The notes under the pieces: generated by a model
Told to the model about the DNA's origin: nothing
The model's database searches: none
The model's input: the letters and a program-made list of their open reading frames with translations, nothing else
Position numbers and translations under genes: made by a program
Part shown: positions 33,743 to 45,760 of the stretch, piece after piece
Numbering within the stretch: the first letter of the stretch is position 1
Layout: each line of letters starts with the position of its first letter
Origin: Caecitellus pseudoparvulus
Lineage: Eukaryota; Protista; Bigyra: Bicosoecida
Direction of reading: 5' to 3'
Length of the DNA: 64,000 nucleotides
Assembly (NCBI GenBank): GCA_965644315.1
Contig: CBFFRQ010000092.1
Coordinates: 1 to 64,000, forward strand

Positions 33743-35614
33743 TTAGGATGCCACGATGCGCTTGGCGTGCCCAGCAATGTACTTGCCTCGCAGCACGGCT
33801 CGCCGGACGCTGAGCAGCAGCGGCTGCAAGGACTCGCCCTCCGCCGCCTCAGCACCACTCTGCGATGCGCATGCGTCTTGCAGCTCACCCCAGGCGGATG
33901 TGAGGCACTCCAGGCCCGGGCCGTACTGCCCCACATCCACCAAGCAGGTGCCCTGCCGGAACATGCACTTCATGCGCAGTCGGAACACCTCATCCAGTGT
34001 GGCCGGGCAGGCCTGGCCAGCTTCAAGTGCCGCTGTGCACGCTGCAAGGTGCTGGGTTGCCGCCTCACACGCCGCAGCAGCCGCTGCAAGCTGCATGCGG
34101 CGTTTCATGAGACACGCTGACAGGTTCAGCAGGCTGCGAGCGATGTGAAAGTGGGCTGTGGCCGCCCTGGGTGAGTCTTGCTCGCTGCTGGCCAGCACGG
34201 TGGCGGCTCCAGTGGCGGCGGCTTCAAAGGCTGCAGCAGCTGAGAAGTGGAAGCCTTCTTTGAACAGGCGGCGCCCCAGTTCACGACACATGTCCAGAGC
34301 ACCCCACAAGCGCTGCATGCCAGGCTCGTCAAGGTCAGGCTTCAACGCCACTGCTGGTGGGGCCATGAAGTCAGGCAGTGCTGCAGGTCTGCCATCGCTC
34401 GGCGCGGGAACTGTGAGTGACTCCCACGCCCTGCAGTGGAAACGCACGAACTCCTCCCGACTCCAGTGACACGTCGCGTCCAGCGCTGTGAGCAGCCACC
34501 GCTTGCACGTCCGGGCGGTGTTGCACTTGTGCAGCAAGTGGCTGACGAACGGCCAAAAGGAAGGCGCCTGCAGCCTGTGCAGGGCGCCTGCCACGGCCTT
34601 GGCAGCTTGTAATTCCGCACCGTCCCCGCCTGTGGCAGTGGTGCCGCCCAGTGCGTCGCGCACACTGCCCCCCCGCATGGCAGCGAGGTCGAAAGAGGAG
34701 ATGGCGGTGTCAATGTCCTCCAGGTGCGGCGTGGGCGCCTCCACTGTGTCGGGCTTCACCCCCTCCAGCTGCAGTGCGCGGTCAAAGTGCAGTTCGGCAA
34801 GCAGCAACGCCGCCGCCGCAGCGAAGGCCTTGCCGCGCAGGATCCAAGCGTGGGAGCAGGTGGGCTCGTGCAGCAGCACGTCTCTGCACGTGTCCATGAC
34901 GGCGGGCAGGCGCCGTGCACGCAGCTGCAGCACTGCCAGGTGTGTCAGCGCCACAGTGTGCAGGCCTCGGGCGGCCAGCAGCACTGGCTCCTCTGCGCTG
35001 GCGTCCAGCTTGGGGTCTGGCGCAGCGTGCGCGGCACACGAGCCCGCGTGGCAGCCATGGTCATGGTCATGGTCATGGTCATGGTCATGGTCGTGTGTGG
35101 GCCGCTTGATGACTGTGTGGGTGCTTTCTGCGTCAATGTGGGCCTTCAACGCGTCCTGAGCTGCGGGGGACGCCGACTGCACCAGGCGCTCGAAGGCCGC
35201 ATGCACTGCGCGACACGTTTCTTCAGCAGAGCAGTTCGCTTCACGAGCAGCACAAACTGCGTTGCTGTGTGCAAGAATTTCACTCAAACTCTCCTTGGCA
35301 CTCATGAGGCGCGCCAGGGCCGCGTCGCTTTCCACTGGCTGAGGTGCGGATTTTGGCACCGCTTGGCCAGCGGCTTTCAACGCCATGCGCTCTCGTCGAG
35401 AGAGCTTGGGAGCCATGGCCTTGACAAGCAGGGCGCTGGAGCGAGCATCGCACTGCCTGGACACTGCTGCAAGGCATGTCTCGGCTGCTTGCCACGCATC
35501 TCGTCGGGCCGCTGCCCTGGCGTCAGAGGTGTCCACATCAGCCTGCAGCTGCTCCTCCTCTGCAGCCTGCCAAGTGGCGTAGTACGCCTGCATGCTGCCG
35601 CCTGTGCCCGCCAT
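33743..35614 (-). CDS. TPR-like helical repeat protein with His-Asp tract
   Basis: HAWILRGKAF, RELGRRLFKEG, LLNLSACLMK and KCMFRQG TPR-like helices; (HD)n tract. Confidence 0.7.
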   Translation of the reverse strand: MAGTGGSMQAYYATWQAAEEEQLQADVDTSDARAAARRDAWQAAETCLAAVSRQCDARSSALLVKAMAPKLSRRERMALKAAGQAVPKSAPQPVESDAALARLMSAKESLSEILAHSNAVCAAREANCSAEETCRAVHAAFERLVQSASPAAQDALKAHIDAESTHTVIKRPTHDHDHDHDHDHDHGCHAGSCAAHAAPDPKLDASAEEPVLLAARGLHTVALTHLAVLQLRARRLPAVMDTCRDVLLHEPTCSHAWILRGKAFAAAAALLLAELHFDRALQLEGVKPDTVEAPTPHLEDIDTAISSFDLAAMRGGSVRDALGGTTATGGDGAELQAAKAVAGALHRLQAPSFWPFVSHLLHKCNTARTCKRWLLTALDATCHWSREEFVRFHCRAWESLTVPAPSDGRPAALPDFMAPPAVALKPDLDEPGMQRLWGALDMCRELGRRLFKEGFHFSAAAAFEAAATGAATVLASSEQDSPRAATAHFHIARSLLNLSACLMKRRMQLAAAAAACEAATQHLAACTAALEAGQACPATLDEVFRLRMKCMFRQGTCLVDVGQYGPGLECLTSAWGELQDACASQSGAEAAEGESLQPLLLSVRRAVLRGKYIAGHAKRIVAS

Positions 35615-35724
35615 GGCGCTGTCACCGTGCCCTGCCCGGCGTTCGTCAGGTTCAGACAAGCGCTGTGCATTCGCACCCGGCACCGCACGGGTGGCGTGGG
35701 AGCGAGTGTTGTGGTCAGGCCCCC

Positions 35725-37187
35725 TCACTGCTCCCCCCTATCTGCCCCCCACCCCGCCATGACAGAGGCTGCCTTCTTCTTGTCAATGTGCAGCTTGAGC
35801 ACAACTGGCTTGCCTTCTGGCGTGTACGGGACGGGCCAGTGTGCCGAGATAGCCTTGCCGTCTGGGCCTTCAGCGTGAGTCAACCCAGCCGCCATCTCCG
35901 CACTCAACGCACGAGCGACCGAGCGCACCGTGCTGCCGCTGGGCAGCAGAAGACATGTTGGGTACACTGCCTTGTGACTGTCTGCCTCTGCGCTGCCTGC
36001 TGCTGCTGCCGCGGCAGTCGATGCAGGCGCTGCCGCGCTCGCTGAGCGTGGGGCTGGGCCGGCGGCTGTGGATGGAAACGCAGTCACTGGGAACACTGGA
36101 ACAGGCTTGGTCATGCTCACGGCAGCCTGCACGACATCCCACACGCCAGTGCCTCCAAAGCGCTCCATCATGCGCTCCTGCAGCTTGGTCACTTTGCGGG
36201 GCACTTTGCCGTCCGCCTCGCCTGCTGCTGTCAGGCGCACCGTTTCTCCGCCCAGCTCGGGGTACTCCAGCATGCCCCGAGCTGCTTCGCGCCGCAAGAA
36301 GCACTCTGCAGCCGCCGAGCCGACGTGGCACACGGCAGAGCCAAATTGCTTCGTGATGCGGGAAATGTTGCGGTCAGTGTCTGGAGCAGCGACGTCTGCC
36401 TTGTTGAGAAACAGCAGCGTGGGGAAACGCAAGGCTTGAAACGCCGCCACGAAGCGGCGGATGGCGGCGTCGTCCCAACTGCAGATGTCCGCGTTGTGTG
36501 GCAGGCCACACACCTTCAGAGCCGTCAGCATGAGGCTGGCGTTCGCGCCGTACCCGGAAAAGAGCAGGTTCAGCGACTCGGGCACGGTGGGAGCCCCGCC
36601 TGCGGAGGAGTGGGCCACTTTTGCGGCGTGTTTGCGCGTCATGTTGCCCCACTTGGCGGTGACGTTGCCGTGGATCCAGTCTTGGATCTCCTGGTGCAGC
36701 CACAGGACGTCTGCGCTGGGGTCGTGGCCCGAGGTCGCCTCGCCCTTCTCGTTCGTGCGCCCGGAAACGTCGATGACATGGATCAAGGCCTTGGCGCCAC
36801 ACAGGTCGTTCAGGAACTTGTTCCCCAGCCCAGCCCCCGCACTGGCGCCAGGGATGAGCCCTGCGACGTCCAGCAGCTCCACAGGCGTGTGCCGCACACC
36901 CCCTTCACATCGCCCGTGCTTCGGGGTGCAGACCAGGCCAGGCACGTCGGCACACGGGCAGGGGTGGCGGAAGTACGTCACGCTTCGGTTGGGGTCTATG
37001 GTGGTGAAGGGGTAGTTTCCCGTCTTGGCATGTGCGCCGTCTGTCACAGCGTTGAAGAAAGTGCTGCAGGCGCGTGCAGGGGGGGTGTGGAGGTGTCGCC
37101 TGTGTTTCGCCTGCGTTTCAGCATCTCGCACCTCTTCCCAGCAGAAGGCTTGCCCACGACCCCCACGACAATGCGCGACTGCGACAT
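35725..37187 (-). CDS. Obg-superfamily GTPase, Ygr210 subfamily
   Basis: Spliced GVVGKPSAGKS-TFFNAVT, NYPFTTIDPN, CPC..C..C cluster, DVAGLIPGA, GLGNKFL, NKAD. Confidence 0.9.
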
Positions 37188-37272
37188 GGCTTCGAAAGGC
37201 AGAAACATGAAATCTCACCACGCTGCCGGCTATTCCGTGCCGCAACAATTGTATTTTCAGACGAGCAGTGAA

Positions 37273-39637
37273 TCACCACCACCCTCGCCGCTTGGGCTTC
37301 TTCCCACCCCCTCCGCCTTTGCCCCTGCCGCGCCCCCTGCCACGCCCCCGGCCACGTCCTCGGCCAGCAGCCTCCCCCCCTCCTTTGCCCCCTGCCGCAC
37401 CACCACCCTCTGCAGCGGCACCCCCTGCCTCTGCACCGGCCTCTGTGCCTTCCTTCCCCTCCCCCTCCTCCTCTGGCGGGTCAGGGGGGAACTCGTAAAC
37501 TTCGATGTTGCGCAGGTACTTGTGCAGCGCCTTGGAGTAGTCCAGAATGCTCTGCCTGTCCCTGCGGATGGTGTCAATGTCAGCCTCGGTCATGCCGCTC
37601 AGCTTCTCTGTGTGTTCTTCCAGCATTTTCTGGCTGTGCTGGAACAGGGCGCGTGGCTCAGGTCCCTTGATGAAGAAGGCGAAGACATACGTCCACGCCA
37701 GCGCACGCCGGCAGCGCGCTACCAGGTCCACTGAGTCAAGCAGGAACTGCACGTGCACTGCAGGTAGCCCTGAGTCAACCAGCTCCCGTTTCTTCAACTT
37801 CGCCTCCTCTCGCTGCTTCTCGGCGAACTCCAGGGAGTTCAAGTGGTTCTTGTACCGGTCACGGTACCAGTCGAAGCGGCCTTCGTTGTCGAAGAGCTGG
37901 GACTTGCTGGCCTTCGCCCACTCCTGGTTCACGGGGTTGTTGCAGTCGAACACCTGCGGGGTGGGGCGTGTGTGTGGCGTGGGCGTGGGTTGCAGGTAGG
38001 CGGGCCGCGTGTGCGCACTCACATGGTGCACCTTGGGGCCCCAGTCGCCACACTGCCAGCACCAGGGCTGCTTGCACGCGTTGCTGCGCAGGGGGGGGGA
38101 GGGGGGGGCTTGCGTCAGGCAGTGGCGCACCCAGCAGTGTGACTCCGCGAAACCTCACCATGTCAGGTACATGCAGCCGCCATTCTTCTGCGTGGGCACC
38201 CGGCACTCGGGGTTGGGACACATCTTGATCTGTTTGCCTTCGTCTTTGGACAGCACGCCGTCCACTGTGCCGAGCACCTTCTTGAACTGCTCGTCGCGTT
38301 TCACGCAGCGCTCCAGCCACATGACCCGCTGCCGGCACAGGGCGGGTGCGTGCGCATCTTCGTGGCATCGGAAGCAGAACGTGGCGCCACAGTCACAGCT
38401 CACGGTGCTCTTGTGGACGCTGAAGGCAAGCACTTGCTTGCAGTGGGGGTTAGCGCACCACGTGACGGAGTCATTGTCGTCCACGAAACTCTTGGCCACG
38501 AAACGCAGGTACTTGCCAAAGTCAGCCGTGCTGCAGAACTTGTGGAAGGCGTCCTCATTCACGGGGTGTTTGCAGCCCCCCTCGGGGCACTGCGTTGTCA
38601 GGCACGCAGCAGACTTCACCTCGTGGTTCAGCAGGTCTGCCCAGCAGGTGAGGCAGTAGAAATGGCCGCAGCCCAGCGCGTACAGCTGGCTTGGGTCCTC
38701 TATATCGTCCAGGCAGCCCTGGCACTCATATGGATCCTCCTCGCTGGCTGGCGGGGGCCGTGGCCGCTTGCGCGTGCCGTCCAGCACCACGCCGCAGGAC
38801 TGCAGAAACTCCGCACGGGTCAGCATGCCGGTGCCAGCCAGGTTTGCGGCAAGGCGCTTCATGTCCCACCGCGCCCGGCGCAGGAGGGAGGAGGCGTCAG
38901 AGATGCTCACGCCGTACTCTGCTGCCGTGCGCTCAATGCAGTTGGCCTGTGCTTCTGCCAGTGCCTCCAGGCTCATGATTGTGTACGACTGCTGGCCCTG
39001 CAGAGGTGGCGGTGCCAACGGCACGCCGGCGCCAGACATGGCGCCCTCCCCGCCCAGGCTGTCGGCGTCACTGTCCTCCATGACGTACCCCTCGCTGTCG
39101 TCGGAGTCGACGATGTAGCCGTCCGACTCGCCGCCTGACCCGCCACTCGTGTCGTCGTCGCCGCCCACAGCGTCGCAGGTGAGCCTGGCCAGGCGCTCCT
39201 CACTGCTGAACTTCAAGGCGATGTAGCTCAAGCATTCCTCCACTGTGCGGGGTTCGTCTGAAAAGCAGTACGCTGTCGCATCGTCGGTGAACTCGGAGTC
39301 CTCGCTGGACACCATGCTCTGTGATGGGGAACGGTGCCGTTTCGGGATGGCGTGGTGAGTGGACGCAGCGAGCAGATTCCTGCCGCGCACGCACCAGGCG
39401 GTCCATGTTGGCCACGTTAATGTGCACGACAGCAAACACCTCTTCATCTGGCATGTGTGGCTCGTACTGCCCCGCGTACACTCGCACAGGCAGCAGGTGG
39501 GGTTCACTCCCCGAGTCGGCGTCGGGCTGGAGAAGAAACACTTTGTGGGAACTGGAGTGAGGCTGGGCCGCCAGCCACGCCGTAGACGACGCCTTCACTG
39601 CTGTGGCCTTGCTTGCAAGGTCTCCATGGTCAGCCAT
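37273..39637 (-). CDS. Ariadne-type RBR E3 ubiquitin ligase
   Basis: Acidic tract, RING1 (CQGC..CGHFYCLTCW..CPEGGC), IBR, RING2 (CPNPEC..KNGGC), Ariadne domain (CRRALAWTYVFAFF); three introns. Confidence 0.9.
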
Positions 39638-39974
39638 GGCACTCGTCTAAGTCTGTCGTCGCGTGCGGTGCGGCGGGTGAAGGCGGACAGGTGCACTCAG
39701 CGGACTTTGCGGGGCGTACCACTGCGCGGGCGCTGTGAATGCTGCCGGGATAGGCGATGCAGCCCGTGGCACTGCGGCGCTATGACAGCAAGAACAATCA
39801 GAGCGTGAGATGGTATGGGTTGCTCGCGGCTGGGGTGTTTTGGCGTGTGTGGCTGTCTGGTGGAAGTCGCACGCCCCTCAAAACTCAACCCACTTCGCAA
39901 GAGCCTCTGGAAAGCGCCGTCCTATGCCTTGTGGAGACCACGCCGGGCCGTGCCCTCGCACTGAAGACGACCCC

Positions 39975-40699
39975 ATGGCTGCATCTGAAGCTGCCGTGCC
40001 CGGCAAGCGAGCCAGGGAAGGCGGCCTGCCTCAGCCGCTCGGAGACAAGCGCCCTCGCACGGAGGAAGGCGACGCGCCTGAGCGGCCCGAGCGAGACGTG
40101 GCTGGCGAGCTGGCGCTGGAGCTAGAGGCGTCCCTGACTGCTCTGGACACACGCAAGGGGCCTGCAAAAGCGTATCTGGAGAGCTGGGCACAGCAGGGCA
40201 CCAAGGGCGCCGATGGCAAGGTTGTCGCGTGGAAGTTCCAGGTGCGGAAATCGCTTCCTCGTTCCCAGCACGCCAGGCGTCAATGCCGCCCGGCCACCGC
40301 CGCCCTGCGCAGAAGCTCATGCAAGTGTGGCTCATTGACAACATGTACGATCCACTCATGGTGGATGATGCGACGTTCGACCTGCTAGAGCCGTACATGG
40401 CAGGGCTCAAGGGTGCCGCCAAGCACCGGGTGCTGGCCACTGCGAGGCAGATCCTGGAGCACGGCGCCGACCAGGCACCAGCCTCGGCACGCCAGGGCTT
40501 CATGAAGCGATGGAGTGACGCGGAGGAGGTGTTTGCCCAGGCAGCACCCGCAGCTGGCGCTGACGACGGCGCTGGTGAGGAGGAGGGCGAAGCCACAAGC
40601 GGCCCGCAGCGCCCAGCAGTGCCAGAGGCCTTCCACGAGGCCCCAGAGGCGTCCTCTGTGCGTGCCCGTGCACAGCGCATTGCGGCAGTGCTGGCGTGA
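39975..40699 (+). CDS. WKF-domain protein (C7orf50-like)
   Basis: AYLESW..WKFQ-KLMQVWLIDNMYD..YMAGLKGAAK..RARAQRI; one intron. Confidence 0.85.
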
Positions 40700-40887
40700 G
40701 GGAGCTGCTGGGAAGGCGTGTCGCAGAGGGTGGTGGCACTTGAGCTGCCAAAGCGTCTGCGAGGGCATGCGGCCTGTACATTCCAAGCGCCGCGAAGCAG
40801 CCCACAGATGCGCGACAAATGCCCCACATTTGGGCATGGCCCTGAGTGGCGCCGAATGCAGAGCGCTTCCGCACGATTGGGAGAGTC

Positions 40888-42715
40888 ATGAGCAGCGCCC
40901 ACGACGCCGCGCCCGAAGCGCAGCAAGACACAGCAGTGCCAGATGCAGCACTGCTGGCCCACTACAAGGAGCGAGTGGAGGCATTCGAAGAAGAGAGGAA
41001 GGAGCTCCTTGATAACATTGATCTGATCAAGGTGCAGCACGAGGAGGTGCACCGCATGAGGTGGGAGTGCCGTGCGCGAGAGGAGGAGGTGCGTGAAACG
41101 ACGAAACGCCGGGCCGTTGTGGAGCGCGCCTCCGCCGCCAAGGCCGCAGCCAGTCGCACGTGGGGCCCATGAGGCGCGCAGATCCTGGAGCTACAGAAAG
41201 CACTCAGCGATGCGAACCAGTACTTGATGGAGGAGCATGACACGGTGAGTCGCAGTGTGCCTTGCGCTGGTAACGGCAGTGGCGTCGCTGCCAGCCCTGT
41301 GCAAGTCCGCCAACGTGCCCCCTACTCAGGTACTCGCACTACAAGCGGAGAACGAACAGCTGAAGATCCAAGAAATCGAGGACCGCCGGCGCATCCAGCA
41401 CTTGCTGGCCCTCACCCAGCCCGTGTCCCAGGAAGTCACCTTCTTCCGAGACTGCCGCCCCGAGCAGATGACTCGCCCGGCTGCCGGCAGCGCAGCAGCC
41501 CCTGCCGGTGGCAGCCGGGCGGGAGGTCCCAGCAACCGCGTTTTGCGCACGGTGTACCTCCCCTCAGACCGCGCCGATGCGCTGGCGTTGAAGTTGGAGG
41601 CACTGCAACGCCAGCTGGCCACCGAGCAGACCGCGGCGTCGGATCGCAAGGCCGGCTGGGCAGCCGAGGCAGCAGCCAAGGAGGAAGCCTTCAAGCGCAA
41701 AGCAGAGGCGGATGCGTCCATGATTCAGTCCCTATCGCAGCAGCTGGAGGCGGCGCAAGGGCAGCTGCGCACGGCCGTGGCGCAACACCAGCGTTTCAAG
41801 GCCAAGGCAACGCAGGAAGCCACGGCTGCGGCAGAGAGCGTGGCTGCAGCGAAAAAGGCGCAAGCGGATGCCCAAGAAGCGGCAGCAGCCACGGCAGCAG
41901 CAGCGTCCGACGAAGTGGCGACGATCACCGCTGCAACGCAAGCTGAGCTGAAGGCTGTGCGGGCGTGGGCCAACGCCTCCGCAGCCTCACGCTCTGACGA
42001 CGTTCGGGCGCTGCAAGCCCAGTATGACGCAGTGGTGGAGAAGTATGAGAGCAAGATTGCGTCCCTGACCAAGTCTGTTTCGTCGTGGAAGGGCAAGGCG
42101 CAGCGCGCTGAGCGGCAGCGCAAGCTGCAGTTGCAGGGCTTTTCAGCTGACGTTGCCGAGCAACGCCGCGCTCTGCGGCAGTTGGAAACGCAGTGGGCCA
42201 TGGTGGGACAGGTGATGGGCGTCCAAGGGGGTGATTTCGGCATGCCAGCAGCTGCGCCTGGCCCGGAAGGCACTGCCAGCGCTGCCATTGGCCACGCCAC
42301 CTACCGGCCGACACATGCCTCAGCCAAACACAGCTCAGGCCGCAGTGCTGTGGCACCTGGCCTCGCCACGCCGGGGGATCAGAACGAACGCCTGTCCAGT
42401 CTAGGCCTCGGGCACCTCCGGCACGTCGGTGTGCCGCCGCAGAAGGGAGCTGGGAAGCACGCGGGGAAACGCAGCACTGCCAGCAAGCGGCCCAAGCGCA
42501 GTGAGCGCAGCACGGCAGCTGTCCCGAAGGAGGCGGCTGCACCTCCCCCAGGCGCTGCAATGTTCGTCGGGCATTCCCGTGCCCAGGACGACGTGCAGGG
42601 TGGCGGCGTGCCGGGGGAAGTGTGGGACGCTGCGCGACTGAAGGCAGAGCTGTCACGCCTGCAGGAGCGCACGTCGTCCTTGGCGGGTGACGTGGCAGAC
42701 CTGCGCCGTGCGTAA
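40888..42715 (+). CDS. CCDC77-like coiled-coil protein
   Basis: LLAHYKERVEAFEEER..WECRAREEE-ILELQKALSD..VLALQAENEQLKIQEIEDRRRIQHLLAL; two introns. Confidence 0.85.
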
Positions 42716-42881
42716 ATCCAATGCAGCGAACGTGAGCCCCGAACACGCAGCAGTCCCTTCTGCACGCGCTCCCTGTGCAGCAGTCTCAACTGCCGAGCTT
42801 CCGTGTCACGAGACGCCAGCCGGCTGCCAGCACCGCCACGCCTGGCGGCTGGGACATCCCGAGGAAGGTGCCCGGCGCAAG

Positions 42882-44120
42882 ATGGCGTACAAAGTCGACG
42901 ACAAGGCGTACGCCTACGAAGCAGAGAAGCTGGCCGCCATCAGGACTGCCAAGCCCTGGATGGAGAAGTGCGTGTCGCAGAGTCTCTGCGCAGTTTGGCG
43001 TGGCAGCGCCGCACCACGCCAAACCCAACCCCACGCCTGCACAGCCCGCTCCACTTTAAGAAGGCCCGCGTGTCCACTGTGGCTTGCATGAAAATGGTGC
43101 GGTGAAGCGTGTGCACGCGCAGCACGCCGGCTGGGCACTGGTCGGCGCCGGGCTGCGCAGATGAACCACGCGCTGTATGGTGTGGAGCGAGGGCGGAAGA
43201 CAAGCGCGACAGGGGCGCCCATTGAAATCATGGGCCTGTGCGTGGGGCACATGGACCCAGAAGACAACACGGCCTTTGTCATCACAGACGCTTTTCCCCT
43301 GCCCGTGGAGGGGTCAGAGTACAACGTCGTGGCGGAGTCCGAGGAGTTCGACAGGTGCCAGAGCAACCTCCTGGACTTCTTCGGGGACAGCCGCAAGGAC
43401 GCTCTGCTGGGCTGGTACCACAGCCACCCCTTCGACGTGAAGAAGCACAGCAACTGCTTCTTCTCCATGACGGACGTCATCCAGCAGCGCTCCTGGCAGA
43501 GCATCACGGACCACTCAGACTTCTCCTTCGTCGGCTTCGTTATCGACCCTCTGCGGTCCCTGGCCAAGGGACGACCTGACATCGGGGCTTTCCGAACGTA
43601 CCCCGGCGGGTACAACCGCGGCAAGAAGATCGCGCCAGACGGCGTGAAGCACAAGGACGAGGCCTCCATCGTGGAGCGCTGGGGCAATGCGTACCTCTCC
43701 TACCAGAGCATCCCCGTGGAGCTCTTCTCCTCCTCCCTCGCTGACACTCTGCTGTCGGCACTGTCCAGGGACTTCCTCTGGCGCAGGGCGCTGTCTGCGG
43801 CCCCTGGCCGTGACGCAGAGGCGGTGGAGTCCACTGCTGGGCGCCTGCAGAAGGTGGCGGGGGATCTGTCCCGCGCCGCCAGGTCCATGCAGCATGTTGG
43901 CCGAGCACACACGGCACTGGCGGGCGTGGACGGTGCAGTGCAGAACCCTCATCTGGCCGAGGCGTCTGCCACCAGTGCGCAGCTGAGTATGGAGCAGGCG
44001 CGTTCCCAGTCAGGTCAGCTCGTGAAGCATGCTCTGTTCAACGCCAGCGTCACGGGGGGTGAGCCGGGCGAGGCGCCCGTTGCCGCTGGCGCGGGGGGGG
44101 CTGCGGAGGGCAAGGCGTGA
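42882..44120 (+). CDS. CSN5: COP9 signalosome subunit 5
   Basis: KPW..HFKKARVSTVACMKM-MNHA, EIMGL, DAFPLPVEG, JAMM GWYHSHP..S..D, IDPLRS, IGAFRTYP; two introns. Confidence 0.92.
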
Positions 44121-44252
44121 GCTGGACAAATGCATGGCGGTGGGCGACGCGTGCCTGGTGGCGGGGCTCCATACTGTACACTTTGCATTGCACCACACGC
44201 ACTCGCTGGCAACCAATTCACACGGCCACACGTGCCGCACAGACGGCAGGCT

Positions 44253-45665
44253 CTAGGGGGAAGGCTTGCCGGCCTCCGCGAAAGCTGCGCGCGTCACTCG
44301 GCGGTTCGCAAAGGCCTTGCGAGCGGGAGTGACCAAGGCCAGCACTGCGTTGGCGTCCAGCGAACGCAGCTCACGGGTGCAGCCGGGCCGGGAAGGGGGC
44401 GTGCCGGGGCAGGGCGGAGGGGGGGGCACAACCCTCACTTGCTGTGCAGGTGGAGGTAGCACCTCCACGGCTGGCGTTTGCTGTGGAGTGCTCCCCGGGC
44501 GCTTGCCTTGGCGGCCGGCGAGCCAGGGTTTCACCCGGCTGGCCCCAGCCGACGAGCGAGGCGCAAGGAGAGCTTGCAGCTCCCGGAAATGCATGGAAGG
44601 CAGTGGGTCTGGGGAGGCCTGCACCGCCCGCAGTGCGTCCAGAAGTGCAGAGCGACCTAGAGCGCGAGCCAAAGCTTGGACGGTACCCTTCATCGTGCGT
44701 TTCGCCTGCACGCTGCGGCCCACGAGCCACGTGCTGGCAGCAACCGCCAGTTGGCGCATGTGGAGCAGACTGTCCTCACACTCGAGCAACGCGTGTCGCA
44801 GGTCAGCTGCGTTGTCCAGGTGCCACTGGGCCAGGCAAGCGCTGACTGCTTGGGCCCCCGCACTGGACACAGCCGGGTGCTTGGCAGTGGCATGGGGTAG
44901 CAGGCTGTGCAGCATGGGCCAGCTGGCACAGGCGCGCACCAGGGCCAGCAGCGCATTCTCCGCTGCGTCTTTGATGAAGCGCTTGTCGCAGACTGTGCGG
45001 GCGATGAGCGCGCTGGCGGTGCTGGCAGCCGCCTGCGCCACAGCAGCGGTGTCCTTCGGCGCCAGCAGCACGTCGGCGGTGACCAGCTCGTAAAGACAGA
45101 GAAGGCACTGTTTGGAGGCGGCTGATCGAAGGTTTGCTACGTCTCCCGAAAGTCCTGCGAGTAGTCGTGCTCTGTGGAGTGGGGGGCAGTGGAAACATGG
45201 CTCTGGTGTGTCAGGCGGGCTTGGCGCGGAGACGGGCCCACGCACAAGTCTGCCCCGAGCGCCGCCCGGTGGAACTTGGCAGCTTGTCGAATGACACTAG
45301 TGGCCTTGAATCTATCTTCCCAAGCCGCCTCGGCGCTGGTCAAGGCTTGCAAGGAGGTCTGTAACGGGGGCGGGGCGTACTTGCATCACTAGTGTCACTC
45401 GCCAACACGCTGCCGTTTTCCGCACCTGCACCGCTGCTTCTGCGCTGGCCGTGCTGCCCAAACTCCTCAGCTCCGCAAAAGGCACCACCTCGTACACCAC
45501 AACGGCAGGGACGACTTCGCTGCGGGCGCGTTTCGCAGGGCTGGCAGCCGTCAGCTCTGGCAGGCGGCTGATGGGCGCGCCGGGTTCTGAGGACAGCCGG
45601 CGTTTCGTGCCGCCAGTTGACGGCGTGACAGGCCCGCTGCCGCGCGGTGGAGTGGCTGCTGCCAT
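44253..45665 (-). CDS. Single TOG/CLASP-N domain protein (FAM179/TOGARAM-like)
   Basis: WEDRFKATSVIRQAAKFH, VANLRSAASK, DKRFIKDAAENAL HEAT pattern; multi-exon. Confidence 0.75.
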
Positions 45666-45760
45666 TTTCCACAAAGTACAGTGCATTCAGTCCTCGACAG
45701 AGGGACAGAGGGTGGTGGTGGTACATGCAATGTACCGGAATATGGCCGCAGTGCTGCACT

